Positions 47,368-58,198 of a DNA stretch of 64,000 nucleotides are shown piece after piece. Location of the stretch: positions 2,161 through 66,160 of the forward strand of contig VEQS01000001.1 of assembly GCA_018883105.1 (NCBI GenBank), read 5' to 3'. The notes below the pieces were generated by a model that did not search any database, was not told the origin of the DNA, and saw only the letters and a program-made list of their open reading frames with translations. Positions within the stretch are counted from its first letter, which is position 1; each line of letters begins with the position of its first letter. The DNA is from Phycisphaerales bacterium. Lineage in GTDB: Bacteria > Planctomycetota > Phycisphaerae > Phycisphaerales > SM1A02. A program made the position numbers and the translations under genes.

Positions 47368-48299
47368 GCCGGGCTCGCCACCGTCTCGAGCACCTGCTGC
47401 AGGATGCGGCGCGCCGTCTGCGTGTCGGCATGGTGCATCGAGGTGCGCGTCACCACGCGGTGCGCGCACACGGGCAGCACGTTGGAGACGATGTCCTCGG
47501 GCACGCAGTGGCCGCGGCCGTCCATCAGCGCCGTCGCGCGCGCCGCCTGCGCGAGCGCCAGCGTGCCGCGCGGGCTGATCCCCACCTGCAGCTCCTCGTG
47601 GACGCGCGTGGCCGCGGCGATCGAGATGGCGTAGTCGACCAGCGAGCGGTCCATGCGGATGGCGTCGACCGCCTCCTGCAGGGCCACCAGCTGGGCACCG
47701 TCCATCACCGGGCGCAGGTCGCGCAGCGCCGTGCGCGAGGGCTGGCGCAGCACGATTCGGCCCTCGTCGTCGGGGCTCGGGTAGCCGAGCGAGATGCGCA
47801 TCAGGAAGCGGTCGAGCTGGTTCTCGGGCAGGAAGTAGGTGCCCTCGAACTCGTAGGGGTTCTGCGTCGCCACCACCATGAACGGCACCGGCAGCGGGAA
47901 CGGCTGCCCCTCGGCCGTCACCGTGCCCTCGGACATGGCCTCGAGCAGCGCGCTCTGGGTGCGCGGGGTGGCGCGGTTGATCTCGTCGGCGAGGACGACG
48001 TTGGCGAACACCGGGCCGCGCTTGAACTCGAACGTGTCCGTCTCGCGGCGGTAGACGCTGACGCCGGTGACGTCGGAGGGCAGCAGGTCGGGCGTGCACT
48101 GGATGCGCGCGAACGAGCAGTCGATGCTGCGCGCGAGCGCGTTGGCGAGCACGGTCTTGCCGACGCCGGGAACGTCCTCGATCAGCACGTGGCCGCGCGC
48201 CAGGATGCACGCCACCAGGCGGTCGACCGCCTGGCGGTTCCCCATGTAGACGGCGGCGATGTTCTCTCGCAGGCGATTGAGCGGAGCGACGTCGGTCAT
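47364..48299 (-). CDS. MoxR-family AAA+ ATPase
   Basis: HVLIEDVPGVGKT (Walker A), VVLADEINRA (Walker B) and ALLEAMSE. The length of 311 aa is typical. Start at ATG 48299. Confidence 0.9.
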   Translation of the reverse strand: MTDVAPLNRLRENIAAVYMGNRQAVDRLVACILARGHVLIEDVPGVGKTVLANALARSIDCSFARIQCTPDLLPSDVTGVSVYRRETDTFEFKRGPVFANVVLADEINRATPRTQSALLEAMSEGTVTAEGQPFPLPVPFMVVATQNPYEFEGTYFLPENQLDRFLMRISLGYPSPDDEGRIVLRQPSRTALRDLRPVMDGAQLVALQEAVDAIRMDRSLVDYAISIAAATRVHEELQVGISPRGTLALAQAARATALMDGRGHCVPEDIVSNVLPVCAHRVVTRTSMHHADTQTARRILQQVLETVASPA

Positions 48300-48338
48300 G
48301 CGCGGCGCCTGCAGCGCGGCAAGTATATCGTTCGGCCC

Positions 48339-49220
48339 GTGCAGCCCGCCCATCCATCCGACGACGGACCCGTGCTCGACGTCGAGGTGCGATGCGTGCG
48401 CTGCCGCTACGACCTGCGCGGCTGCCGCATCTTCCGCGCCTGCCCCGAGTGCGGGCTGCCGGCGATCTCGAGCGTCAGCGCGCACGCGGACCCAGGGATT
48501 TCAGAGCTTTCCCACCCCAGCGACCCGGGCTCCGCGGCCGCCGCGGTGGCCGCGATCGCCGCCGCGCCGCTCGTCGCGGTGCTGCTGCAGGGCTCCGGGC
48601 CCGCCATGCGCCAGGTCGACGCGCTCGCCGGGCGCGGATCGTCGTTCCCGTCGCAGGTGGAACGGCCCGCGTGGCTCGTGGCCTCGGTCGCGCTCGCCGT
48701 GGCCGCGGCGGTCGCCGCGCGCGGGCTGTCGGAGGCGCGCAACCCGGAGCTTGCCGCGTCGCTCGGGCGCGGACGCACGGTGCGGCTCCTCGCGGCGCTC
48801 GGGGCGTGGTCAGCGGTGCTCGCGGCCGCGTTCGTCGCCTCGCTCACGCCGCTCGGGGACGCGCAGAGCTTCCCGCTGGTGGCGCTTGCCGCGCAGGTGC
48901 TGCCGTCGGCGCTCGCCCTGACGTGGCTTTCGCCGGTCCTGGCCCGCGTCGGCGCGCTCAGCCGCAACTACCGCGAGGCCCGGCACGGGCAGCAGAGCGC
49001 CGACCTCGTGACCATCACGCTGGTGGCGTGCCTGGGCCTCTGGGTGACGCTGCCTGCGATCCGCGGGGCCGTCGGCGACGACTGGGCGCTGGTCGCGTGG
49101 GCGCTCGCCGCGTTCCTGGCCGTGATCACGGTGCTGGGCCTGGCGTACCTGGCCGCCAACGGCTGGGTGATCGCGCGGAGCCTGCGCCGGCCCCGGATCG
49201 ACCCCCGCCGGCTGCGCTGA
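48339..49220 (+). CDS. Zinc-ribbon-headed polytopic membrane protein (hypothetical)
   Basis: CVRCRYDL....CPECG at the N-terminus, followed by about 6 hydrophobic helices. Start uncertain: GTG 48339 or GTG 48372. Confidence 0.5.
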   Translation: MQPAHPSDDGPVLDVEVRCVRCRYDLRGCRIFRACPECGLPAISSVSAHADPGISELSHPSDPGSAAAAVAAIAAAPLVAVLLQGSGPAMRQVDALAGRGSSFPSQVERPAWLVASVALAVAAAVAARGLSEARNPELAASLGRGRTVRLLAALGAWSAVLAAAFVASLTPLGDAQSFPLVALAAQVLPSALALTWLSPVLARVGALSRNYREARHGQQSADLVTITLVACLGLWVTLPAIRGAVGDDWALVAWALAAFLAVITVLGLAYLAANGWVIARSLRRPRIDPRRLR

Positions 49221-49423
49221 GCGCCCGCCGATCCGCTGCCGTTCTGGCAGCATCGGGGTGGGTTGGCACCTCGGGCTGGCGCGGCGCCGACCGCCCGGGG
49301 CACCGCTGGCACGCGCGGGCGCGGGCCGGCCCCCTGGAGCCCAAGCCTCCCCGGAGCACGCAAGGCCGTGTTTCGCAGGCACTTGCGCATTTTTTCGCCC
49401 CGTGCTCACCCCGCCCCTTCCCG

Positions 49424-49440
49424 CTGGCACGGCCGTTGCA
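49424..49440 (+). promoter_or_regulatory. Candidate sigma-54 (-24/-12) promoter upstream of groEL1
   Basis: CTGGCACGGCCGTTGCA matches YTGGCACGR-N3-TTGCW at every specified position. It lies 58 nt upstream of ATG 49498, in an intergenic region and in the correct orientation. Confidence 0.5.
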
Positions 49441-49497
49441 CCTGCAAGGGGAGACCACCGCACTGATTTCGCAACCAATCCGCTGGAGACACGACCC

Positions 49498-51192
49498 ATG
49501 GCACTCAAGGAACTGGCCTTCGACACCGACGCCCGCAAGCAGCTGCTCGCCGGCGTGGAGAAGCTCTCCGCCGCCGTCAAGAGCACGCTCGGCCCGCGCG
49601 GCCGAAACGCCGTGCTCGACCGCAGCTGGGGCGGACCGAACGTCACCAAGGACGGCGTGAGCGTCGCCGAGGAAGTCGAGCTGCGCAACAAGGTCGAGAA
49701 CATGGGCGCCAAGCTCGTGAAGGAGGCCGCGAGCAAGACCTCCGACGACGCCGGCGACGGCACCACCACCGCCACCGTGCTCGCCGAGGCCCTCTTCAAG
49801 GCCGGGCTGCGCCAGCTCGCCGCCGGTGCCGAGGCCAACACCCTGATCCGCGGCATGCGCCGCGCGGTCGACGCCGTGGTCGCCGAGATCAAGTCGGGCG
49901 CCAAGCCCGTCGCGCAGGTCGACGGCGGCATCGCGGCCGTCGCCACCATCAGCGCCAACAACGACGCCGAGGTCGGCAAGATGATGGCCGAGGCGTTCAA
50001 GAAGGTCGGCAAGGACGGCGTCATCACGGTCGAGGAAGGCAAGAGCCTGGAGACCGTCGTCGACGTGGTCGAGGGCATGCGCTTCGACCGCGGCTACCTG
50101 AGCCCGAACTTCGTCACCGACACCGAGAAGATGCGCGTCGAGCTGGACAAGGCGCTCGTCCTCGTGCACGAGGACAAGATCGAGAGCCTGACGAAGCTCG
50201 TCCCCTTCCTGGAGAAGGTCGTCGAGAGCAAGAAGCCGCTCCTCATCATCGCCGAGGACGTCTCGGGCGAGGCGCTCAGCACGCTCGTCATCAACAAGCT
50301 GCGCGGCGTGCTCCAGGTGTGCGCCGTCAAGGCCCCGGGCTACGGAGACCGCCGCAAGGCCATGCTCGAGGACATCGCCACCCTGACCGGCGCCAAGCCG
50401 ATCATGAAGGACCTCGGCATCGAGCTCGACAAGGTCACGCTGGCCGACCTCGGCCAGGCGAAGAAGCTCGAGATCGACGGCGAGAACACCACGATCATCG
50501 AGGGCGCCGGCAGCACCACCGCCATCAAGGCCCGCTGCGAGCAGATCCGCCGCGAGATCGACGTGACCGACAGCGACTACGACCGCGAGAAGCTCCAGGA
50601 GCGCCTGGCGAAGCTCGCCGGCGGCGTGGCGCAGATCAAGGTCGGCGCCGCCAGCGAGTCCGAACTCAAGGAGAAGAAGGGCCGCGTCGAGGACGCGCTG
50701 CACGCCACCCGCGCCGCGATCGCAGAGGGCGTCGTGGCCGGCGGCGGAACTTCCTTCGTCCGTGCCCTGCCCGCCCTGAAGAAGCTGCGTGCCCAGCTCG
50801 AGGGCGACGAGCAGGCCGGCGTGGACCTCGTCGCCGAGGCGCTCGAGGTCCCGCTGCGCACCATCGCCGACAACGCCGGCGAGAAGGGCAGCGTCGTGGT
50901 CGCGCGCGTCAAGGAGCTCAAGGGGGGCGAGGGCTTCAACGCCCTCACCCGCCAGTACGGCGACCTGATGAAGGACGGCGTCATCACCCCGGCCAAGGTC
51001 GATCGCTGCGCCCTGCAGAATGCGGCCAGCGTCGCCAGCCTGCTGCTCGCCACCGACTGCATCGTGACCGACAAGCCGGAGAAGGCCGACGAGGCCGCCG
51101 GTGGGCACGACCACGGCGGAGGCATGGGCGGCATGGGCGGGATGGGCGGCATGGGCGGAATGGGCGGGATGGGCGGCATGATGGGCATGTGA
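49498..51192 (+). CDS. groEL: Chaperonin GroEL (copy 1, with GGM tail)
   Basis: [35 protein letters not shown]-like [13 protein letters not shown] and VAGGG. C-terminal (GGM)n tail. Confidence 0.97.
   Translation: MALKELAFDTDARKQLLAGVEKLSAAVKSTLGPRGRNAVLDRSWGGPNVTKDGVSVAEEVELRNKVENMGAKLVKEAASKTSDDAGDGTTTATVLAEALFKAGLRQLAAGAEANTLIRGMRRAVDAVVAEIKSGAKPVAQVDGGIAAVATISANNDAEVGKMMAEAFKKVGKDGVITVEEGKSLETVVDVVEGMRFDRGYLSPNFVTDTEKMRVELDKALVLVHEDKIESLTKLVPFLEKVVESKKPLLIIAEDVSGEALSTLVINKLRGVLQVCAVKAPGYGDRRKAMLEDIATLTGAKPIMKDLGIELDKVTLADLGQAKKLEIDGENTTIIEGAGSTTAIKARCEQIRREIDVTDSDYDREKLQERLAKLAGGVAQIKVGAASESELKEKKGRVEDALHATRAAIAEGVVAGGGTSFVRALPALKKLRAQLEGDEQAGVDLVAEALEVPLRTIADNAGEKGSVVVARVKELKGGEGFNALTRQYGDLMKDGVITPAKVDRCALQNAASVASLLLATDCIVTDKPEKADEAAGGHDHGGGMGGMGGMGGMGGMGGMGGMMGM
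51115..51189 (+). repeat. In-frame 9-nt tandem repeat encoding the GroEL GGM tail
   Basis: ggc-ggN-atg units iterated about 6 times ([21 protein letters not shown]). Confidence 0.9.
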
Positions 51193-51277
51193 GCCCGCCG
51201 CACCACCGCACCGCGCCCGACCACCCACGGCAACGAACAGTCACCTCACGACACACCCAACACCGGAGAACCAAGAA

Positions 51278-51577
51278 ATGTCCACCACCCAGGTCCGTCC
51301 CCTCGAAGATCGCGTGATCGTCAAGCCCCTCGACGCCGAGACCAAGACGTCCAGCGGCATCTTCCTGCCCGAGAGCGCCAAGGAGCGCCCGATGCAGGGC
51401 AAGGTCGTCGCCGTCGGCCCCGGCAAGATGCTCGACAACGGCACGCGCATGTCCATGCTCGTGAAGAAGGGCGACACCGTCGTGTTCGGCAAGTACGCCG
51501 GCACCGAGGTCGAGATCAAGAACGTCAAGCACATCATCGTCCGCGAGAGCGAGCTCCTCGGCGTCCTCGACGCCTGA
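51278..51577 (+). CDS. groES: Co-chaperonin GroES
   Basis: RPLEDRVIVKP....KTSSGIFLPESAKE.P..G.VVAVGPG. 99 aa. GGAGA RBS upstream. Confidence 0.95.
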   Translation: MSTTQVRPLEDRVIVKPLDAETKTSSGIFLPESAKERPMQGKVVAVGPGKMLDNGTRMSMLVKKGDTVVFGKYAGTEVEIKNVKHIIVRESELLGVLDA

Positions 51578-51620
51578 GCCGCGCCCGCCACCCGAAGCAC
51601 ACCCCGAAAGGCAGTCCCAC

Positions 51621-53237
<1,617 letters not shown>

Positions 53238-53346
53238 ACCCCGGATCGCGTCCCGAGGCCGGAGCCGGATGCGCTCGCCGCGCACCGGTTCCGGCCTCGG
53301 GGCTTCAACGGCCCCGACGGAGGGCCCGACCGACGGACACGCGCGC

Positions 53347-54543
53347 ATGAGCACCTCGGCCGACTACTACGAGATCCTCGGCATCGCCCGGGACGCCTCG
53401 GGCGACGAGGTGAAGCGCGCCTACCGCCGGCTCGCCATCAAGTGGCACCCGGACCAGAACCCCGACAACCCGGAGGCCGAGGTGCGCTTCAAGGCGTGCG
53501 CCGAGGCGTACGAGGTGCTCAGCGACCCCGAGCGCCGCGCGATCTATGACCGGCACGGCCATGCGGGCCTGCGCGGCCGCGCGGGCCACGACTTCAGCTC
53601 GATGCACGTCGAGGACATCTTCTCGATGTTCAACGACATCTTCGGCGGCCAGGCGCGCGCGGGCGGCCGGCGCCAGCGCGGCCCGGCGCGCGGCTTCGAC
53701 CTCGAGACCGAGGTCGAGGTGACGCTCGCCGACGTGCTCACGGGCTGCGAGCGCGAGGTGCGCTTCCAGCGGCCCGAGGTGTGCTCGATCTGCAAGGGCT
53801 CGGGCGCGAAGCCAGGCACCAAGCCCGTCGAGTGCCAGACCTGCGGCGGCCAGGGCCAGGTGGCGCAGCAGGGGCTCGGCGGCCTCTTCCGCATGGTGAC
53901 GACGTGCCCGTCGTGCGCGGGCCGCGGCAGCGTGGTGAAGGACCGGTGCACCGAGTGCCGCGGCGCGGGCCGCACCAGCGTGCAGCGCGTCCTGAGCGTG
54001 CGCATCCCCAAGGGCATCTCCGACGGCCAGGTGGTGCGCGTGGCCGGCGAGGGCGAGCCTCCGCCGCCGCAGTCGAGCCCCGACGGCACCGGCGTGCGCG
54101 GCGACCTGCACATCGCGGTGCGCGTGGCCGAGGACGAGCGCTTCGAGCGCCAGGGATCGGACCTGATCACCGTCCTCGAGGTGTCGTTCGCCGATGCCGC
54201 GCTGGGCGGCACGGTGGTGGTGCCGACCCTCGACGGCGAGAGCGAGACCGAGCTCGAGGCCGGAACGCAGCACGGCGAGATGTTCCGCCTCGACGGCAAG
54301 GGCGTGCCCGACCTGCGTACCGGCGAGCGGGGCGACCTGGTGGTCGTGGTCCACGTGAAGGTGCCGCGCAAGCTGACCGCGAGGCAGCGCGAGCTGATCG
54401 AGGGCCTGCGCGCCGCCGAGCGCCCGCCGGCCCCCGGCAAGGCCGAGCCGCCGAAGGCGAAGCGCGCGGACGGTGCCGGCGGATCCGGCGGCCGCAAGCG
54501 CGGCGGGTTCTGGGGAAAGATGAAGGACTCGCTCGGCGCCTGA
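53347..54543 (+). CDS. dnaJ: Molecular chaperone DnaJ
   Basis: J domain DYYEILGI...[15 protein letters not shown], a G/F-like region, and four CxxCxGxG zinc motifs ([32 protein letters not shown]). Confidence 0.95.
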   Translation: MSTSADYYEILGIARDASGDEVKRAYRRLAIKWHPDQNPDNPEAEVRFKACAEAYEVLSDPERRAIYDRHGHAGLRGRAGHDFSSMHVEDIFSMFNDIFGGQARAGGRRQRGPARGFDLETEVEVTLADVLTGCEREVRFQRPEVCSICKGSGAKPGTKPVECQTCGGQGQVAQQGLGGLFRMVTTCPSCAGRGSVVKDRCTECRGAGRTSVQRVLSVRIPKGISDGQVVRVAGEGEPPPPQSSPDGTGVRGDLHIAVRVAEDERFERQGSDLITVLEVSFADAALGGTVVVPTLDGESETELEAGTQHGEMFRLDGKGVPDLRTGERGDLVVVVHVKVPRKLTARQRELIEGLRAAERPPAPGKAEPPKAKRADGAGGSGGRKRGGFWGKMKDSLGA

Positions 54544-54568
54544 CGGCCGCCGCCACTCGGAGGATGCC

Positions 54569-55162
54569 ATGACCGACACACCCCACCATCGTCCGCACGG
54601 CCACCACCACGAGGAATGCAGCGACCCGGGCGAGGCCCACGTCCGCAAGCGCGCCGAGAGCGAGTCGCAGCCCTTCGTCGACGACCGCGCCCCCGAGCCC
54701 GAGGAGGCCCGCGACGCGATCAGAGCGCTCGAGGAGCAGCTCGCCCAGGCCAAGGGCGACACGCTGCGCGCCATCGCCGACTTCCAGAACCTCCAGCGTC
54801 GCACCTCCGAGCACGAGCCGCGCCTGCGCATGAACGCGGCCGGCGGCGTGGTGCGCCAGGTGATCCCGGTGCTCGATCACTTCGACCTCGCGCTCGCGCA
54901 GGACCCGTCGCGCATGACCGTGGCGGCGGCGATGGACGGCCTGCGCATCGTGCGCGGCGAGCTCATCAAGGCGCTTGAGCGCTCCGGCGTCGAGCTCATC
55001 CAGCCGAAGCCGGGCGATGCCTTCGACCCGCACCGCGCGGAAGCCATCATGCAGCAGCCGGCCGACGGCGTGGCTGCCGGGCACGTCAGCCTGCTGCTGC
55101 AGCCGGGCTATCTCCTCGGCGAGACGGTGCTGCGGCCCGCCAAGGTCGCCGTCGCCCCCTGA
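54569..55162 (+). CDS. grpE: Nucleotide exchange factor GrpE
   Basis: LRAIADFQNLQRR, VLDHFDLAL, FDP..HEA-like FDPHRAEAI and RPAKV. GGAGGA RBS. Confidence 0.92.
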   Translation: MTDTPHHRPHGHHHEECSDPGEAHVRKRAESESQPFVDDRAPEPEEARDAIRALEEQLAQAKGDTLRAIADFQNLQRRTSEHEPRLRMNAAGGVVRQVIPVLDHFDLALAQDPSRMTVAAAMDGLRIVRGELIKALERSGVELIQPKPGDAFDPHRAEAIMQQPADGVAAGHVSLLLQPGYLLGETVLRPAKVAVAP

Positions 55163-55173
55163 CCGCTCGCCCC

Positions 55174-55671
55174 ATGCCGACCTACGAGTACGAGTGCACG
55201 AACCCCAGGTGCCGCCATCGCTGGGACCTCTTCCAGTCGATCAAGGCCGAGCCGGAACGCGACTGCCCGAAGTGCGCCAAGCGCACGGCCACGCGGCTGA
55301 TCGGGATCGGTGCGGCCATCCTCTCGGGCGGCCGCGCGGCCGAGCCTGCCGAGTCATCCGCACCCGCGGCGAAGCCGGCCGAGGCGTCCACGGCCCCTGC
55401 GGCAAGCGCGAAGGACAGCGCTGCCGCGGCGGGGCCGGCGAAGGCCGACGCCGCGAAGCCGGAGTCGACGAAGCCCGCCGCCGCCGAGAAGTCGGCGGAC
55501 ACCGGCAAGGTGAACGCGACGCATCCCGCGCGCGAGGGTCGCGGCGCGGGAAACCTCCGCGACGCCATCCGCCGGCAGCGCGCGACCGGACAGCCGTCCG
55601 CGCGGAAGGCTCCCGCGGCGGCGGCGAAGCGCACCGCGCCGCGAACAGGCGGCGCCCGGCGCGGCAAGTAG
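55174..55671 (+). CDS. FmdB-family zinc-ribbon regulatory protein with Ala/Pro/Lys-rich tail
   Basis: MPTYEYEC..C.H.W......K.....CPKC signature at the N-terminus. Confidence 0.8.
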   Translation: MPTYEYECTNPRCRHRWDLFQSIKAEPERDCPKCAKRTATRLIGIGAAILSGGRAAEPAESSAPAAKPAEASTAPAASAKDSAAAAGPAKADAAKPESTKPAAAEKSADTGKVNATHPAREGRGAGNLRDAIRRQRATGQPSARKAPAAAAKRTAPRTGGARRGK

Positions 55672-55680
55672 CCTCTCCGC

Positions 55681-58116
55681 GTGCCGCTCCGCTTCATCCA
55701 GCGCATCCAGGATCACCTCGCCTACGACAACTACCGCCCCGCCGAGCTCGGCGAGGTGCGGCGGCAGATGCGCGTCTCCGATGACGATGCGGAGGCCTTC
55801 GAGCAGGCGGTCGAGATGCTGGCGGCCGAGGGCAAGGTCGAGGTCGGCGGCGACGGGCGCCTGCGCCTCCCGAAGTTCGCCGACGAGGTCGAGGGCCGGC
55901 TGAAGCTCAACCCGCGCGGCTTCGGGTTCCTGGTGCCGGATGCCCCGACGCGCGAGGGCGACCTCTACATCCCCGCCGGCATGACCAAGGACGCCCTCAA
56001 CGGCGACCGGGTGCGCGTCAAGGTGGTGCGCCGCGGCGGCGCGGGCGGCGGCATGCGCGGGGGCAAGGGTGCGCAGGACGGCCCGACCGGCCGCGTGGTC
56101 GAGGTGGTCGAGCGCGGGCAGCAGCGCTTCGCGGGCACGCTCACCAAGGACGGCCGCGAGTGGATCGTGGTGCCGGACGGCCGGTCGCTGCGCGACCCCG
56201 TGGTGGTGCGCGACCCAGGCGCGAAGGGCGCGAAGGCCGGCGACAAGGTGGTCCTCGAGCTGATCCGCTACCCGACGGACCTCGACTGGGCCGAGGGCGT
56301 GATCGTCGAGGTGCTCGGCGAGGCCGGCCGCCCGGACGTCGAGACGCGCTCGGTGATCGAGGTGCACGGCCTGCGCACGGAGTTCGCCGAGGCGCCGCTC
56401 GACGAGGCACGCGAGGCCACGCGGCGCTTCGACCGCGAGTCGGCGGGGCCGTGGGAGGACCGCGAGAACCTCACCGACGCACTCGTCTTCACGATCGACC
56501 CTCCGGACGCGCGCGACTTCGACGACGCCATCAGCATCCGCCACGACGACGCGCGCGGCGAGTGGGAGCTGGGCGTGCACATCGCCGACGTCTCGCACTG
56601 GATCAAGCCCGGCAGCGCGCTTGACCTCGAGGCGCGCGAACGCGGCAACAGCGTCTACCTGCCGCGCCTCGTGATCCCGATGCTGCCGGAGAGCCTCTCG
56701 AACGGCATCTGCAGCCTGCAGGAGGGCGTCAACCGCTTCTGCAAGAGCGTCTTCATCACCTTCGACCGTGCGGGCAAGCCGCTCTCGCACCGCCTCTCGG
56801 CCACGGTCATCCGCAGCCGCAAGCGCTTCACCTACATCGAGGCGCAGGGAGTGATCGACGGCGACCTCGGCCGGGCGCGCGAGCACGCGCGCACCGACAC
56901 CGCCTACGACCCGGACGTCGTGGACGCGCTGCGACTCTCGGCGCGCCTGGCCACGGTGCTGCGCGAGCGCCGCCGCCAGGACGGCATGATCAGCCTGAAC
57001 CTGCCCGAGGTCGACCTCGTCTTCAGCGAGGCGGGGCACGTGACCGGCGTCGAGCGCGAGGACACGAGCTTCACGCACACCCTGATCGAGATGTTCATGG
57101 TGGAGGCGAACGAGGCGCTCGCGCGCACGTTCAGCGACCTCGACGTCGCGCTGCTGCGGCGCATCCACCCGGAGCCGAGCTTCGGCGACCTGGAGGAGCT
57201 GCGCATGTTCGCGCGCATCGCCAAGTACCGCCTGCCCGAGGAACCGACGCGCCGCGACCTGCAGGCCCTGCTGCAGGCAACCGCCGAGGGCGAGAGCGCG
57301 CGGGCCATCCACTTCGCGGTGCTGCGCACGCTCTCCAAGGCGACGTACTCCCCTGCCCTCGTGGGCCACTACGCGCTTGCAAGCGACCACTACGCGCACT
57401 TCACGAGCCCGATCCGCCGCTACCCGGACCTCCTGGTGCACCGGGCGCTCTCGGCCTACCTCGACGCCACCGACAACGGCCGCTCCGCGGGCGGCCGGCG
57501 CCGGCGCGAACTCGGCGAGCGGCTGAAGGCCGACGAGCGCGTGCTCGACGAGGGCACGCTCGTCAAGATCGGCATGCACTGCAGCGAGACCGAGCGAAAC
57601 GCCGAGGACGCCGAGCGCGACCTGCGCACGTTCCTCGTGCTGCAGTACCTGAAGGAGCACCGGCTGTCGGACACCTTCGACGCGCTGGTCACCGGCCTGA
57701 GCGGCACCACGCTCGTCTTCCTGAGCCTGGAGGAGTTCCTGGTGGAAGGCGCCGCGCGCGTCTCGGACCTGCCGGCGGGCACGCAGCGCGCCGACCGCTG
57801 GATCGTCAACGAGCTCACCGGCCGCCTGATCGCCCCGCGCAGCGGGATGTCGATCGGCCTCGGCGACCGCGTGCGCACCACCATCGCGCGAATCGACCTC
57901 GCGGCGCGCCGGCTCGACCTCGTGGTCGCGAAGCTCGCGCCGCGGCGCGACCTCGACACCCTGAGCCCGAAGGACCTGACGAACGTCCGCCAGGCGAAGG
58001 TCGGTGCGTCGCCGCGCGAGGGCGGCGGCTCGCAGCCCGGCAAGGGCGAGCGCGGCCGCAAGGGCCGCGACCGCTCCAAGTACAAGCAGGGCCGGCGCGG
58101 CAAGCGCAGTTGGTGA
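55681..58116 (+). CDS. rnr: Ribonuclease R
   Basis: Cold-shock/OB N-domains, RNB core (FTIDPPDARDFDDAIS, VYLPRLVIPMLPE, HYALASDHYAHFTSPIRRYPDLLVHR), S1 domain and a Lys/Arg-rich tail. GTG start. Confidence 0.93.
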   Translation: MPLRFIQRIQDHLAYDNYRPAELGEVRRQMRVSDDDAEAFEQAVEMLAAEGKVEVGGDGRLRLPKFADEVEGRLKLNPRGFGFLVPDAPTREGDLYIPAGMTKDALNGDRVRVKVVRRGGAGGGMRGGKGAQDGPTGRVVEVVERGQQRFAGTLTKDGREWIVVPDGRSLRDPVVVRDPGAKGAKAGDKVVLELIRYPTDLDWAEGVIVEVLGEAGRPDVETRSVIEVHGLRTEFAEAPLDEAREATRRFDRESAGPWEDRENLTDALVFTIDPPDARDFDDAISIRHDDARGEWELGVHIADVSHWIKPGSALDLEARERGNSVYLPRLVIPMLPESLSNGICSLQEGVNRFCKSVFITFDRAGKPLSHRLSATVIRSRKRFTYIEAQGVIDGDLGRAREHARTDTAYDPDVVDALRLSARLATVLRERRRQDGMISLNLPEVDLVFSEAGHVTGVEREDTSFTHTLIEMFMVEANEALARTFSDLDVALLRRIHPEPSFGDLEELRMFARIAKYRLPEEPTRRDLQALLQATAEGESARAIHFAVLRTLSKATYSPALVGHYALASDHYAHFTSPIRRYPDLLVHRALSAYLDATDNGRSAGGRRRRELGERLKADERVLDEGTLVKIGMHCSETERNAEDAERDLRTFLVLQYLKEHRLSDTFDALVTGLSGTTLVFLSLEEFLVEGAARVSDLPAGTQRADRWIVNELTGRLIAPRSGMSIGLGDRVRTTIARIDLAARRLDLVVAKLAPRRDLDTLSPKDLTNVRQAKVGASPREGGGSQPGKGERGRKGRDRSKYKQGRRGKRSW

Positions 58117-58145
58117 GGTCTTGCTAAGCAGTTGCCTGCCTGCAG

Positions 58146-58173
58146 TTGACAGCCATACGTAGACCGATACGCT
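58146..58173 (+). promoter_or_regulatory. Candidate sigma-70-type promoter for the acyltransferase gene
   Basis: TTGACA (58146-58151), 16 nt spacer, TACGCT (58168-58173), about 25 nt before GTG 58199. Weak -10. Confidence 0.3.
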
Positions 58174-58198
58174 AGCGTCACCAAGGTCAGCCTTCCGG

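Noticed and set aside
46690-48299. A QatABCD-like or other 7-deazaguanine-based defence system (ATPase plus QueC-like).
   Set aside because: The QueC is housekeeping-sized (225 aa) with canonical motifs. The ATPase is a standard MoxR. No TatD-like, QatB-like or Dpd genes are adjacent.
47368-48357. N-terminal 330 codons of ORF 46690..48357, which suggest a 555-aa QueC fusion.
   Set aside because: That region is the MoxR gene read in another frame. The QueC homology begins exactly at ATG 47367, which overlaps the MoxR stop.
49378-49408. CIRCE-like (HrcA operator) half-sites GGCACT ... GTGCT upstream of groEL1.
   Set aside because: Only 5 of 9 positions match per half-site. The half-site spacing is about 18 nt, where the CIRCE consensus TTAGCACTC-N9-GAGTGCTAA implies about 12 nt. 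This is not a credible CIRCE.
51115-51189. A 9-nt tandem repeat as a possible microsatellite or CRISPR-like element.
   Set aside because: It is the in-frame coding sequence of the well-known GroEL C-terminal GGM repeat.
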